Source: a virus
Taxonomy: Duplodnaviria; Caudoviricetes
Virus record (IMG/VR): IMGVR_UViG_3300010220_000006
Location: 1 to 26,444 of that record
Reading direction: 5' to 3' (one strand)
DNA length: 26,444 bases
Made by a program: the position numbers and the translations under genes. Position 1 is the stretch's first letter. The number at the start of each line of letters is the position of its first letter. The notes beneath the pieces were generated by a model. That model saw only the letters and a program-made list of their open reading frames with translations. It searched no databases and had not been told where the DNA came from. This document shows positions 14,751-25,900 of this stretch, one piece after another.

Positions 14751-15107
14751 ATGAAAGACGACAGCGCGATCGAGCAGGAAATACAAGCCAAAGGGCTGAC
14801 AGCGCCGCGCATCACGCCGGAGGACATCGAGGCGAACATTGCTAGTGAACACTATTTCACCGCGGCGGATGGCTGCTCCGGGCGCTGCAACATGAACGTC
14901 TACCAAGACAAATGGGTTGAGCCGCTGCGACTCCTGACCTTCTGCGTCCTCGTCCTGCGAAACGGCTTCACCGTCACCGGTGAAAGCGCCTGCGCCAGCC
15001 CAGAGAACTTCGATGCAGAACTTGGCCGCAAGATCGCCCGCCAGAATGCTGTCAGCAAGGTGTGGCCGCTGATGGGCTACGAGCTGCGCAGCAAGTTGGT
15101 CAAATGA
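14751..15107 (+). CDS. Phage Gp49/Gp66 family protein
   Basis: APRITP...LLTFCVLVLRNGFTVTGESACASPENFDAELGRKIA...WPLMGY. Confidence 0.88.
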   Translation: MKDDSAIEQEIQAKGLTAPRITPEDIEANIASEHYFTAADGCSGRCNMNVYQDKWVEPLRLLTFCVLVLRNGFTVTGESACASPENFDAELGRKIARQNAVSKVWPLMGYELRSKLVK

Positions 15108-15379
15108 GTACAGAAATCAAGTCTCTTGTTCTGGATACTTGGGCAGGCCGCCGCTATTACGCCGTTGAGTTGGTTAGCGAGACTCCCAAGAAAGCGCGAG
15201 TTCGTGTTCTCACGCCTGGAGGCATCATGCTGCCGAATCGGCGTTACGTCCAGTTCGGCGAGATTGCGTTGGTGCCCAAGCACGCGATTTACGACATGCC
15301 TGCCGATTCTCACAAGATCGAGCAGGGGTTCTACGACGGCCATTTAAATGGCTATGGAGGCGTGGTTGATGTCCGCTAA
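15104..15379 (+). CDS. Hypothetical protein
   Basis: ATGA overlap at 15104; 91 aa. Confidence 0.7.
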   Translation: MSTEIKSLVLDTWAGRRYYAVELVSETPKKARVRVLTPGGIMLPNRRYVQFGEIALVPKHAIYDMPADSHKIEQGFYDGHLNGYGGVVDVR

Positions 15380-15599
15380 AACGAGAGGTGTTGAGTTGGC
15401 AGAGCAAGACTGTTATTGGCGCGCTCAAGACATAGCAGACTATCTAAATGTCTGCAAAAGGCAGGTGGCTGAACGTTACGCGATGCTGCCTGATTTTCCA
15501 AAACCGATCAGGCTTCCGTCGCAAAAAGGACGTGGATTATATCGCTGGAAGAAGTCGGAGATCATCGAGTGGGTTGAGTCTTTGCGTCAGGCTGCTTGA
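15369..15599 (+). CDS. xis: Excisionase / AlpA-like recombination directionality factor
   Basis: DIADYLNV...PDFPKPIRL...RWKKSEIIEW; SD GGAGG; next to attP and int. Confidence 0.8.
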   Translation: MSAKTRGVELAEQDCYWRAQDIADYLNVCKRQVAERYAMLPDFPKPIRLPSQKGRGLYRWKKSEIIEWVESLRQAA

Positions 15600-15815
15600 A
15601 CATAAATTGAACACATCGCCCTGAAACCAGCATTTAAACAAGGAACCCGAGTCCTCTTCTGGGCACCATATTAAACACTCCAAAACCAGCATCCACAAAG
15701 GCTTTCGAGACGTTTTGCCTAATTATTAATCATTCCGTCATACCCACAAATCTACACACTTTTGCACATACTTACACTATCATGTGAACACAAATTGTAC
15801 ATAAAAATGAACACA
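15597..15815 (+). other. attP: tRNA-Leu 3'-end core (15648-15668) flanked by arm-type repeats
   Basis: Core CGAGTCCTCTTCTGGGCACCA is a T-loop/acceptor/CCA end of a tRNA-Leu type. TGNACAYA repeats at 15597 and 15608 (left) and 15763, 15785, 15796, 15808 (right). Confidence 0.85.
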
Positions 15816-15827
15816 TGATAGGGGGCA

Positions 15828-16799
15828 ATGGTGGCATCTATCCAGAAGCATGGTGATGGATGGCGTGCGCTCGTTCGTAGAAAGGGTATCACTAAAACAA
15901 GAAAATTCCCAACGAAAGCGCAGGCTGTGGCATGGGCGGCAAAGGAAGAGACCGAGATCCTTGAATCAATGTCTGGGTCTATACCGAAAAAGACGTTCGG
16001 TGAGTTACTTGACCGATACGCAGATACCGTCTCGGTGAAGAAAGCCGGGGAGCGGTGGGAGCGCGTTCGCATCAATTTAATCAAACAGGATAAGATCGCC
16101 AACGTCATGCTGGCTGATCTTAACCAATCAGACTTTGCCGCATGGCGCGACCGGCGATTGAAAGAAGTTAGCGCAGCGAGCGTAAGACGCGAATGGAACC
16201 TTCTGTCTAACGCATGCACGATTGCGCTATATGAGTGGAAATGGCTGCGCGAGCATCCAATGAAAGGCGTGTCCAAGCCTGCGCCTCCGCCGCCGCGTGA
16301 CAGGTTGGTGAGCCAGGAAGAGATCGAAGCGATACAGTTCGCACTTGGCTATGTTGGCGGTCAGGCAGAAACCAAAAGTCATCGCGTTGCGCTCGCGTTT
16401 GAGTTTGCATGCGAAACAGCGATGCGCGCTCAGGAGATATGCAATCTTCGACTTGATGACATCAATGGTCAGACAGCTACCATACGCAAGTCAAAAACTC
16501 GCGCTGGCGTCCGCGTCGCTCCGTTGACGCAGCGAGCCGTCGAGATATTGAAATTGCTGCCAGATGAAAACCTGTTCGACCTGACAACGGCGTCGCTTGA
16601 AGCGATGTTCAGGAAGGCCAAAGCAAAAGCCATGATCGATGACTTGCATTTCCACGATTCACGGCACGAAGGGATAACCAGACTGTCAAAGAAACTGAAC
16701 GTGCTAGAGTTGGCAAGAGCGGTCGGTCATCAGGATCTGAGGCAATTGCTCATCTACTACAACGAGAGCGCTGAGGATATAGCCAAGAAGTTGCGTTGA
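15828..16799 (+). CDS. int: Phage integrase (tyrosine recombinase)
   Basis: Catalytic R (AMRAQE), K (KSKT), HxxR (FHDSRH), H (VGH), Y (IYYN); no IntI-specific insertion evident. Confidence 0.95.
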   Translation: MVASIQKHGDGWRALVRRKGITKTRKFPTKAQAVAWAAKEETEILESMSGSIPKKTFGELLDRYADTVSVKKAGERWERVRINLIKQDKIANVMLADLNQSDFAAWRDRRLKEVSAASVRREWNLLSNACTIALYEWKWLREHPMKGVSKPAPPPPRDRLVSQEEIEAIQFALGYVGGQAETKSHRVALAFEFACETAMRAQEICNLRLDDINGQTATIRKSKTRAGVRVAPLTQRAVEILKLLPDENLFDLTTASLEAMFRKAKAKAMIDDLHFHDSRHEGITRLSKKLNVLELARAVGHQDLRQLLIYYNESAEDIAKKLR

Positions 16800-16854
16800 C
16801 CATATGCCCTATTCTCGCCATACGAGAACAGTTGGGATCGGTTAAGATTGCTTC

Positions 16855-16959
16855 ATGGGCAAACTCTTTATGGTCTTCTGGTGGGTGGTGCTTGGCGCGT
16901 CCGCACTTTATGCGGTCATACGCGCCATTTGGTATTTCACCTCTCGTTTAATTTTCTGA
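16855..16959 (+). CDS. Possible 34-aa membrane peptide
   Basis: MGKLFMVFWWVVLGASALYAVIRAIWYFTSRLIF; TAAGAT -10-like box 6 nt before the ATG; converges on the giant ORF. Confidence 0.35.
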   Translation: MGKLFMVFWWVVLGASALYAVIRAIWYFTSRLIF

Positions 16960-19900
16960 CCTCTTCGTTGAATGAAGCCATCAACTCTGTGATCTCGCTC
17001 TCTATCTGAGCGATCTCAGCCCGTGATGCCCCTGCAGCCTGCATCATTCTCTTGTGTTTGCGCATCTTCTGGACTGCGCCGTACACGCGATCGGCATGCT
17101 GGAACAACTCTGCCTCTGGATTGTCCTTCAGGTACTTCTCGATATCCTCACCAGCCTGTAGCCTGCCCATGATTTCACGTTGATGCGTGTTCATCCTGGT
17201 GATGTTGTTGTAGAACTTGCCGCCCTGAGCGCCGCTGCTTCTTGCGTCACCATAGAACCGGCCAACGATAGGAATCTTGTATGTCGGCAACGCCTCACCC
17301 GTGACAAGTGCCGTCGCTGTCTGCTCCGTCTTCAGATATTCACGACCGACGCCGCCACTGAGTTGGCCAATCAGGTAATCGATCTGATCAGGTGTCGGGC
17401 TAATCACGCCAGGAGCGAACTCGCTTCCGCCACTGAGCTTGTTCAATCCATATGACAAGCCACGAGCGAATGCGCTTGCGGTGTCCTTCGCTCTCGTGTG
17501 CCCTGGAGACGGGTCAAGTGAACTAAAGTCTTTTCTCGCGATAGGCTGGCCAGTCCAATCCTTATTCTCTGTCAGCGCAGCGACCGGATCCAATGCAGTG
17601 GGTGTCAACGTCTGCATGGACAAACCGGAGTAACCGATCGGGTTGAACATATCCATGTACACCTCAAGCAGGTGCGCGATTCGTTCCGGTGTGTCCTCGA
17701 ATCCATCCAAAGCCCACTCGGTCAGTATGCGACCTGTCGCAGGGATAGCGTTATAACCTAGCGGCATTGGAATAGAGATGTACTTCTTTTCCACCCCGAA
17801 GAAGTCCAGCGGAATGATAAGGTTTCGATCCCGAACAAACTCTGGCGGCTCGTCATCATCATATCCGGCCGCAGCCAGCGCAAGCGCCTGCATGGAGCCT
17901 AGCAGCAATCCACCATAGACGATCGCGCGACCTGCCGGCGTCATCCTGTAGTTGCCGTCCGCATCACGCTTGAGGATAGTCTCGGCGATTCTCGCAGTGC
18001 CTTGTATAGATGCGTTGTAAAAGGCGTACAGTGCGCCTATCTCTCTTCCCCACGCACCCTTGCGGTTGAAGTTGACGGTGAGGTTTTTGGCGATGCTGGC
18101 AGCCCTTTGTTTGCTAAGCCCAAGTTCAAGTCCTTTCTTGTACGCTGCCAATCGAACAGCATTCTCAAGTGTCTCGTTGTAATCGGACAGCCAGTTGAAT
18201 AGCGCCTTGCCTGGCTTGCTCACAAGGAACTGCTGAGGCGCGGCAAGCAGTCCGCCAGCGGATATCACCTTGCCCCACGTCTTTTTCTGCCACCATTCAG
18301 GATCGAGTGCTCGCTGCATATTCTCGGAGCGCACCTTCGCATTCCTATACAAATCACGATAGCCAGTCTTGGCGCCCTGACTCTCGAACTCTTCCCACAG
18401 TTCAGACCACTCGCCACTTACCTTCTCGCCAGACCGGCGCGCACGAACCTCCTGATATATTCCCTTCAATGCAGAGCCGGTGTAGGCAAGCACCTCACGC
18501 TGCATACCCTTCAGCGGAGTGGACTCAAGATTGAGCACTGCGCCCTGAACGTCACGGATGATGTTGATTATGCCAAAGACAGGGTTGTACTGAGTGTTGA
18601 TGCTGGCGAAGTAACGGGTGATAGGCGCGAACCATCCAGCCAATGTAGACAGGTCATCGACATCAAGATTCTTGATAGACGCAGCCATGCGCATTGCGCG
18701 TTCGTTGAACTCGTTGAATACAACCGCATGCTCCACGATCTCGCCGCGCTTGTTCACGACCTTGGCGACGACGACGTTCGGACGATTCTTGTAGTTTGGA
18801 TCCGGACGCTCCTCAACCTGATTCGTGCGCTCGTTCACATAGCGGATAGTCGGGATCTTGTTCACTTGCCAGAATTCAGAGAGCGGGTTGAGTGTCGCCA
18901 TCCCGACCAGTGCGGTTGCGACACGATTCTTTTCTCCACGGATGATGGCGCGCTCGCGTTGCTGCGCGATATTCGCAAGGATGTCCACGACACCGAGACG
19001 GGAACCCATCGCCCGCTTACTCTCTTTTCCGCGAACAGAATAGCCCTGCCCCGTTCCAGCAAACCCTGTGTCCATCTCTTCCCGCATCAATGGCACATAG
19101 TTCTTATACGCCTTGTTCCATGTAGCAATGGTGCTGGCGGATTCCAAGCCATAGTCAACCAGAGTCTGGCGGGTCTTGTGTGTGATCGCATCTACGCGTT
19201 TCGCGAGCGCCTCGTAATGTTTACGTTTCTGCGGGTCGAGACTGCTCAGGTAATCACGCGCTTCTTGCGTGGTTATGCCGGAGCCGCCGTCAGGCATATC
19301 AGGATTGATCTTGGCGATCTGTTCATTGCGCTCTTCTGCATGACGTGCCCACAGATAATGCTCAAAGTCCTGCATTGTGACGCCACGCATGCGCATTTCT
19401 TCGATAAGAGGTTCTAGTTCATTCTTGATGAACTCCTGCGTGCGCTTGGCGCTGCGACCGTGGAACAGCTCTTCCTGTAGATAGGCATCCCATCTGTCAT
19501 CGATCTCAGCGCCAGTTTCATTTATCGCCTGGGTGACTCGTTTCAGGTCGATATTCTTGTCCTGAAGGGCGTAGATGACATCATCGATCTTGGATGTTTC
19601 CGGACTATCCCAGGATGGCATGAGCCGTTGCTGACGGCTGAAACGGATGTCAGGATTGGCAGAGTCGAAGGTGCCTTGGTTGCCAGTAGCGGACTTGATC
19701 TGCTCGGGGCGGAAGGCGACGTAGACGGTGGCGGGGTACTCAGATACAGGGGATGCGTGGTCGATCACGTTCCGAACGATCAACCCGTCGCGGCCCTGCT
19801 CGAACGCCTGCTTCACGGCGTCTGGCATGACTTGCATGAACCGCTGCCCGCCTCCGTCCACCACCAGCGGGTCTTGAATCGACATGTATAGCGGCATGAC

Positions 19901-22900
19901 GTTCGCCCCTACACCGAGATTCCAGCCTTCTTTCCTGCCGGCGGCGCGGTAAGCCTGGAACAACCTTTCGTATTCCTCGCCGTAGTCGCCTGGGTTTTCG
20001 TTCTTATACCGCTGCCACGCCCTGCCGGCGTCGGCGATGTTGCGGTTACGCTTGTTGAGTGCGTAGTCAGACGCCACGCGAGCATCGTCCGTTGCAAAGA
20101 TCGCCGGCCTGTCATACGCAACACCATCGGCGCCAGAAAACGCAAGGTCGAAGGCTGACAAGTCTCCGGTGGTCCCGTGGTACACCACCAGCGGCTTGCC
20201 ATCGGCATCGACCACTTTGGAGTCTCCGAACCACTTCCGGAAGGCCGGAGTTTCTGTCACGCCACTCGGCCCCCGCGAGAACGAAGCCCCGTCAAGCGCC
20301 GCCTTGCCGCCGCCGCGCATCACCCACTGTCGCGCCGGGATGATGAACTGCGCGATGATGTCGTTGTCCGACATCCTCAGATTCACGCCAATCCCACGCA
20401 GCCACGACCGGATCGCCGCGATCGCGCGCTTCACGAACCCGATCTGCGGATTGGTCTGTGCCATTTCCGCCAGCACCTCTTCTGCAGCGATCAGTCTGTC
20501 GCGCTCGTTCTTGATATCCAATCCATAGGATTTCGCCTTGGCCAGCACATCCTTGCGACGCGCAATACTGACTTGGTTCAGGATAGGCTTGAGTTGATCA
20601 CCGAACACACCGCGTAATCCGTAGTGTCCAAGCGTTTCATGTAGAACCACGCGTACAACATCTCGCTCACTGTTCAGAGCGCTTGCAACGACATACACCT
20701 TGCCAGCATCGAAGAAACCTTCCGGCTCACCTTCCGCGCCCTGCGACATTTGGCGCTCGTTCTCCTCGCGCACCGCCTTGCGGATACGGCTGTCGCTCAT
20801 ATTGTCCACGACGATGATTTCAGGCGCATTCTTCCAGCCTGCGCGGATACGGTTTACAGTGCGTTCAACATCAGCAACGGCCATGCCTGAGCCGGAGAAT
20901 TGGCGACCGAACAATGGCAAGCCTGACATGATTTTCTCGCGCATGTCGGGGGTGATGGTGAAGCCGGGTTGCTTACCACCATTATTCCTTCTATCAACAT
21001 CGGCTTGTGCCTGTTCTCTTGTTGCGTATTGCCCGTACTCTGAATCAGGATCACTTTTTTCGACTACATAGAACGTGCCATTTTCCTCAATAACAGAATA
21101 ATTATTTCCAGATTTTTCTATTCCAATACTCTCAACCTTCCCGCCGCCCACCTTTTTCAACACATCATTGACCACTTGCGGCACGATTTGGTCATAGAAG
21201 GTGCGCATACCTTCGCCGCCTACTTTAAGGTCAACTCCTGAAAGACTGCCGCGCTCTGTCATTCGCATAATCTTTTCTGCGATTTCCTTACCAACAACTT
21301 CGTCAAGCGGCTTTCCTTCGCCTTGACCATTGGTAACAATGCCTTCATTGTTAATCGTTGATGGGAAGCTGCCGCCAGAGTGATTAACCGTTATCTCTCT
21401 GTATGTTTTGTAAGGTCTGACCTCTATGCTATCAACCTGCTTACTCAAGTCATACAAATCCGCAGCCTGCTGGCCGTTGATGAATGAAACCTTGTCGAAG
21501 CCGTTCTCAGCCGCATAGCGCATCATGCGTTTAACCGCTAGAGCCACCCACGCTTTTGTGTCGCCGTATGGTGTTTTTACGCCAGTTTTTCCTTTGCGCA
21601 AGTCTTGTGACCAGTCACTTTGCACCTCTTGGATGAACAGCACGCGGTTCCCATCAGCATCAGTACGCTCGTCAAAACGGACGTGGGCGAGGATGTTTGG
21701 CTGGTCGAAGTGGGATGAACGGAAATTAGCTCTCTCATCAGCACGCGGGGTTGTTTTGCGTAACTCTAGGAGTTCCTTAAATTCAGACTTGCTTATCTCG
21801 CCGCGATTGTTTTTCCCCTCAAGCTCTTGTCTCCTAGCTTCCTGTGCTGAGGGAATAGGGACTACTTCCGGCAACGTCAGCAACAGCTCTTTGTAGTTCT
21901 CGCCGCCTGGTACTGTGTATTGGGCGTATTTTGGCTTGCCGGCACTTTCGCGTCGATCTTCCAGTTCATCAGGATCAATGCCGTTCTCGATAGCATCGCG
22001 CTCAGTGTCGCCTTCGCTTACCACTTCGCCTTCATCATCCAGCAAGTAATACTCACCATTTGGCTGACGCTCAACTTGCCAACCATCAGGCAATGCAGGC
22101 AAGTTATCTTCTGACAACATAACATCAGTAACCTGCACGCCATTACCATCCAGATACGCTTGAATATCAGCCTTGCTTACCTTGCCGGTTTGCAGGTCAA
22201 GCCAGTCAGTAATGCCAGTCCATTGGATTTCATCTTTCTTGACGCCGAGTTTGCCGGCATTACCTTGAATCCATAACTTCCATTGCGCAGCAGGCGCAGA
22301 TTCAAACTTGGCAGAATCAATGCCGCGCGCAAGCTGGCTGTAGAAGATGGGGGCGGATGTACCGGAACGGCTGAACAGCGCAACACCAGTGTCGGTTTCT
22401 TTGGTTTCAATCGTACTGAAAAGATTATCGAAAGCATCAGCGACCGGCTGAATCTCACCTTCTATCAGGTAAGGATAGCGGTCTGCATCGCGCGGGAAGT
22501 CTTCTGGCGAAACCACGTTTGCCAGATAGTCGTTGTCATAACCATTCAAGCGCATCTTGTGGATTACGTAGTTCTCAAATGAACGTGCAGCACGCTCGAT
22601 AATGCGTGACCAATAGCCGTCGGAAGCAGATCCATCAATCGCTCTGGCTCGGCCAGTCATTGGCGACTCATTCAAGGCTTTGACCAAATCAGCAAATGCT
22701 TCTGCAACAACAGGCCGCACGCCCTCGATCAATGTCCAGTCGTCGGGATTGAACTTCCCAACGAACCTTTGGCCTCTACGCCCTTTTTCACCTGCCGCCA
22801 TCAGCTTGTAATCCGCTTCTGGTAGGCGTGTATTGCCGTCCTTGTAAACGTAGTAGTTTTCAGGGGCGTATGTGATATATCCAAGGTGCCGACCAGCAAG

Positions 22901-25900
22901 GCTAAAGTCCGGGCGCATTCTCTGGAAGTAGTTATCCAGTCCGTGGAACCACTCATGCGCAAGGTTTCCTGCACCTCTTGTCTTGGTCAGATTGATGACA
23001 AGATTGCCTGGCTCATAGTGCGCAGAAGCCCATCCATGACCACGCGAACCAAAAGCAAGGCCGAGCGTGCCATTCAGTGAAATGGCTTTGGGCGGAATCT
23101 TCACAATATCTGCCAGATCCATCAGCGCGTCATAAGCCTGATTCAGCATGCCTTGACGTTCTTTTGCGCCCTTGCCCTGATTAACCCAATTACCCCATTC
23201 AATCCCACGGAATCCGAACTGTTCGGCAAACTGTTCCGGCGTGACATCCTTGCCCTTGCGCCAGTCCTGACCTGTTCTTGGCTTGTTATCCTTGCTGCGA
23301 ACATCGGTCTTTTTGACATTCTCGCGCTCTTTGACTGATTCCCATGCAGCAACAAGATCGGCGTAATTGTTCTTGATGAAAGCGAAAGCATCCTTGCTAT
23401 CTGAAAAACTATCGCTCAGTTTGTGATAAGCACTGTCTCCAGCTTTGTAAACATGCCAGTTACCTTGACGACCGCGAACCTGAAACTCCATTTTCTTTTC
23501 AGGGGCAGCTACGCCAAGAAGTTCATTGACCTCGTTGACGGCATCTTCGACGGTAGAAACAGGGAAAGACTTATGGCGACCGTCAATATCAACGCTGACT
23601 TGCGGCTTCGGAATCTTTTTGCCGTCTGCATCGTAGGTATAAGCATTCGGCCACTCGGCAACATTGCCAATGCGCTTCCACTGGTCACGCGGCAACTGCT
23701 CAAGCAGCCGAACCTTGGCCTCGAACTTTTCAAGCCCAGGGAAACTCTTGAGCCTGTCCTTGATAAGCTCTTTCGTAATCAGGCCATCCAGCGCCATCTT
23801 GTTGATGGAGCGAAGGGATTTAACGCTCTCAACCCACCGAGAAACCTTGTACGACTTGCGCGGCTTGGATGGAATTTCAGCGCGAGCGGCAAATGACCAT
23901 GCGGCCATGTACGGATCTTCAATCGCATTGATGTCGCCAATCGGCCATATCTTGCTTAAAGGTTGTGTGGCTAGATCTTCGTCGCTCCATTCCTTGCGTG
24001 CAGCAGCGACCATATCCTTGCGAGCACCCGCCATCTTCTCGCCGAAATCTTCAATCTTCTGACCATGTGCCTCTGCCACTTCATCGGCGGTCAGGTTGCC
24101 TTGGCGAACATCCTTGATGGTATCCAGGTATTCCTTGCCTTTCACACCGGCGGCTTGCAGGGCTTCCTTGGCTTTATCCAGTTCGGATGCTGACTGATCA
24201 ACAGCTTCATCAGATTGAGCTTGTTCCGGCGCCTTAACGTCAGTGGGTTGAGCTTGCTTTGCAGGCTCGCTAAACAAATCCCGCGCACCACGAGCCGCTG
24301 CTTGATCGGCAGGACGGTCTGAACCTGTCAGGACAAAATCGGTTGTATCGGATTCGCCGGAATTGCGGCGTTCATCTTTGGCGCGTTCAGCGTCGGCTAA
24401 TGCTTGACGCGAAGCGGTGTTGTCACCGAGAAGGTCGGTTACTTCTTGGTCTTGAGTTTGGCGCGTTCCTGCATCATCTTCTTGGCTCTGTTTGCCAGAA
24501 CTTCTTTGGCTATCTTCATTGCCTGCTCGCGCTGTTCCGGTGTCGCCTTGGCTAAAGCCTGCTTCGTTTTCTCGCTCAAGTTCAGCATAGTATTCTCCTA
24601 ATTCCTGCTCAAATTCCTCGATTCGATTCTGAACCCTTGCGCTGATGGACGCAAGGACTTCATCCTCGGCGGCAATACTCTCTAACAGCATGTGCCAGTT
24701 CATATCATCCAGTATCGAACTGGACAGATCCTGCACCTCTTCACTTGCTTGCGCCCAGGTTGTTGCTTCCTCAAGTTCTGGTTGCGTCACTTCACCTGTA
24801 ATCTGCTCAATTGCTTCAGCATACTCTGGCACATAGGCGTATGAATGATTCTCGCCACGATATTCTGCAAGAGATTCCTCAAGTGAGGCTTCATCAGGCG
24901 CGTCAATATAGCCGTATTCGTGCATGCGCTCGGCCATCTGACTGATGCTCAGGCCATCCTTGGTGAACAACCATGCGAATCCACCGCCGATATTGACGCG
25001 CAGATTCTGGTTCTTTTCAATCCCAAGGGATGCCTTGATGTCAGTTTCATTTGGCATACCCTTGCGGAAACCGCCGACCTTGGCCATTGCGACCAGCATG
25101 GTGTCTTTCGCCGGATCGACGATACGCAGACGGCGCTGACGCTCTTTCATGCGCTCAGATGCCTTTCTCCTGTTCTCGGCCTTCCTGTCTTCCGCAGACT
25201 CTTTACCAACCCCCTTCGATGCTTTGGCTTCACCCGGCGCGGCAGAGGCGACATTCGCCGTCTCGCTGCCAGCCTGCGCGACTTCTGCGAATACCTCATG
25301 CAGCTTGCGCGGATAAACGATCGGGTACTTCGTGCCACTGTCGCTGGTCACGGTGCCGGCGGCTTTGCCAAGCGACGCGCGGATCTTGTGGCGCGGCACA
25401 CCCATGTACTCGACCAGGAACCAGCCGACGGCCGGCTGCTTTACATAGGTCCATCCATCCTCAAGGCCAAACAGCAGCTTGAGTTCGGCATCTGTCGGCT
25501 GCTCACCCCTGCGCAGCTTTTCGGCAACGGTCTGCGCGGTTTCGCGCTTCTTGGCTTCGGCGTCTTCGGCGCGCCGGTTCTGATCAAGCCATTTTTTCAG
25601 ATCGGCAGCGGCTGCATCGATTGACTCATTCGGGTTGGAACTCGCCTCGCCGGATTGCGCGATCCACTTGCCTGCGGCCAGCCCTTTGCCTTCCTTGAAC
25701 GTGGTGTCGGCCGGTAAGCCATAGCGCTCAATGGCGACCTGCTGCTCAGCCGCAGTACCATCTCCAGCTTGGCTTACTTGCGTTTGCCGCCGCCCTTCTT
25801 GCAACCCATCGTTTGCCTCCTTCTGTTGTTGCTCGCCCGACAACTGCTCGACCTGTGTATCAATGCTGTCCATAGCGGACATTGCTCGGTCGTCGAGTTC

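Noticed and set aside
15648-15668. tRNA gene
   Set aside because: Only the 3' 21 nt are present, with no D-arm or anticodon arm upstream; it is the att core.
15828-16799. Integrase as the integron integrase (IntI) for the array
   Set aside because: No IntI-specific insertion is visible, it has its own attP, arm sites and Xis, and it is about 12.7 kb from the array. Activity on attC cannot be formally excluded without an assay.
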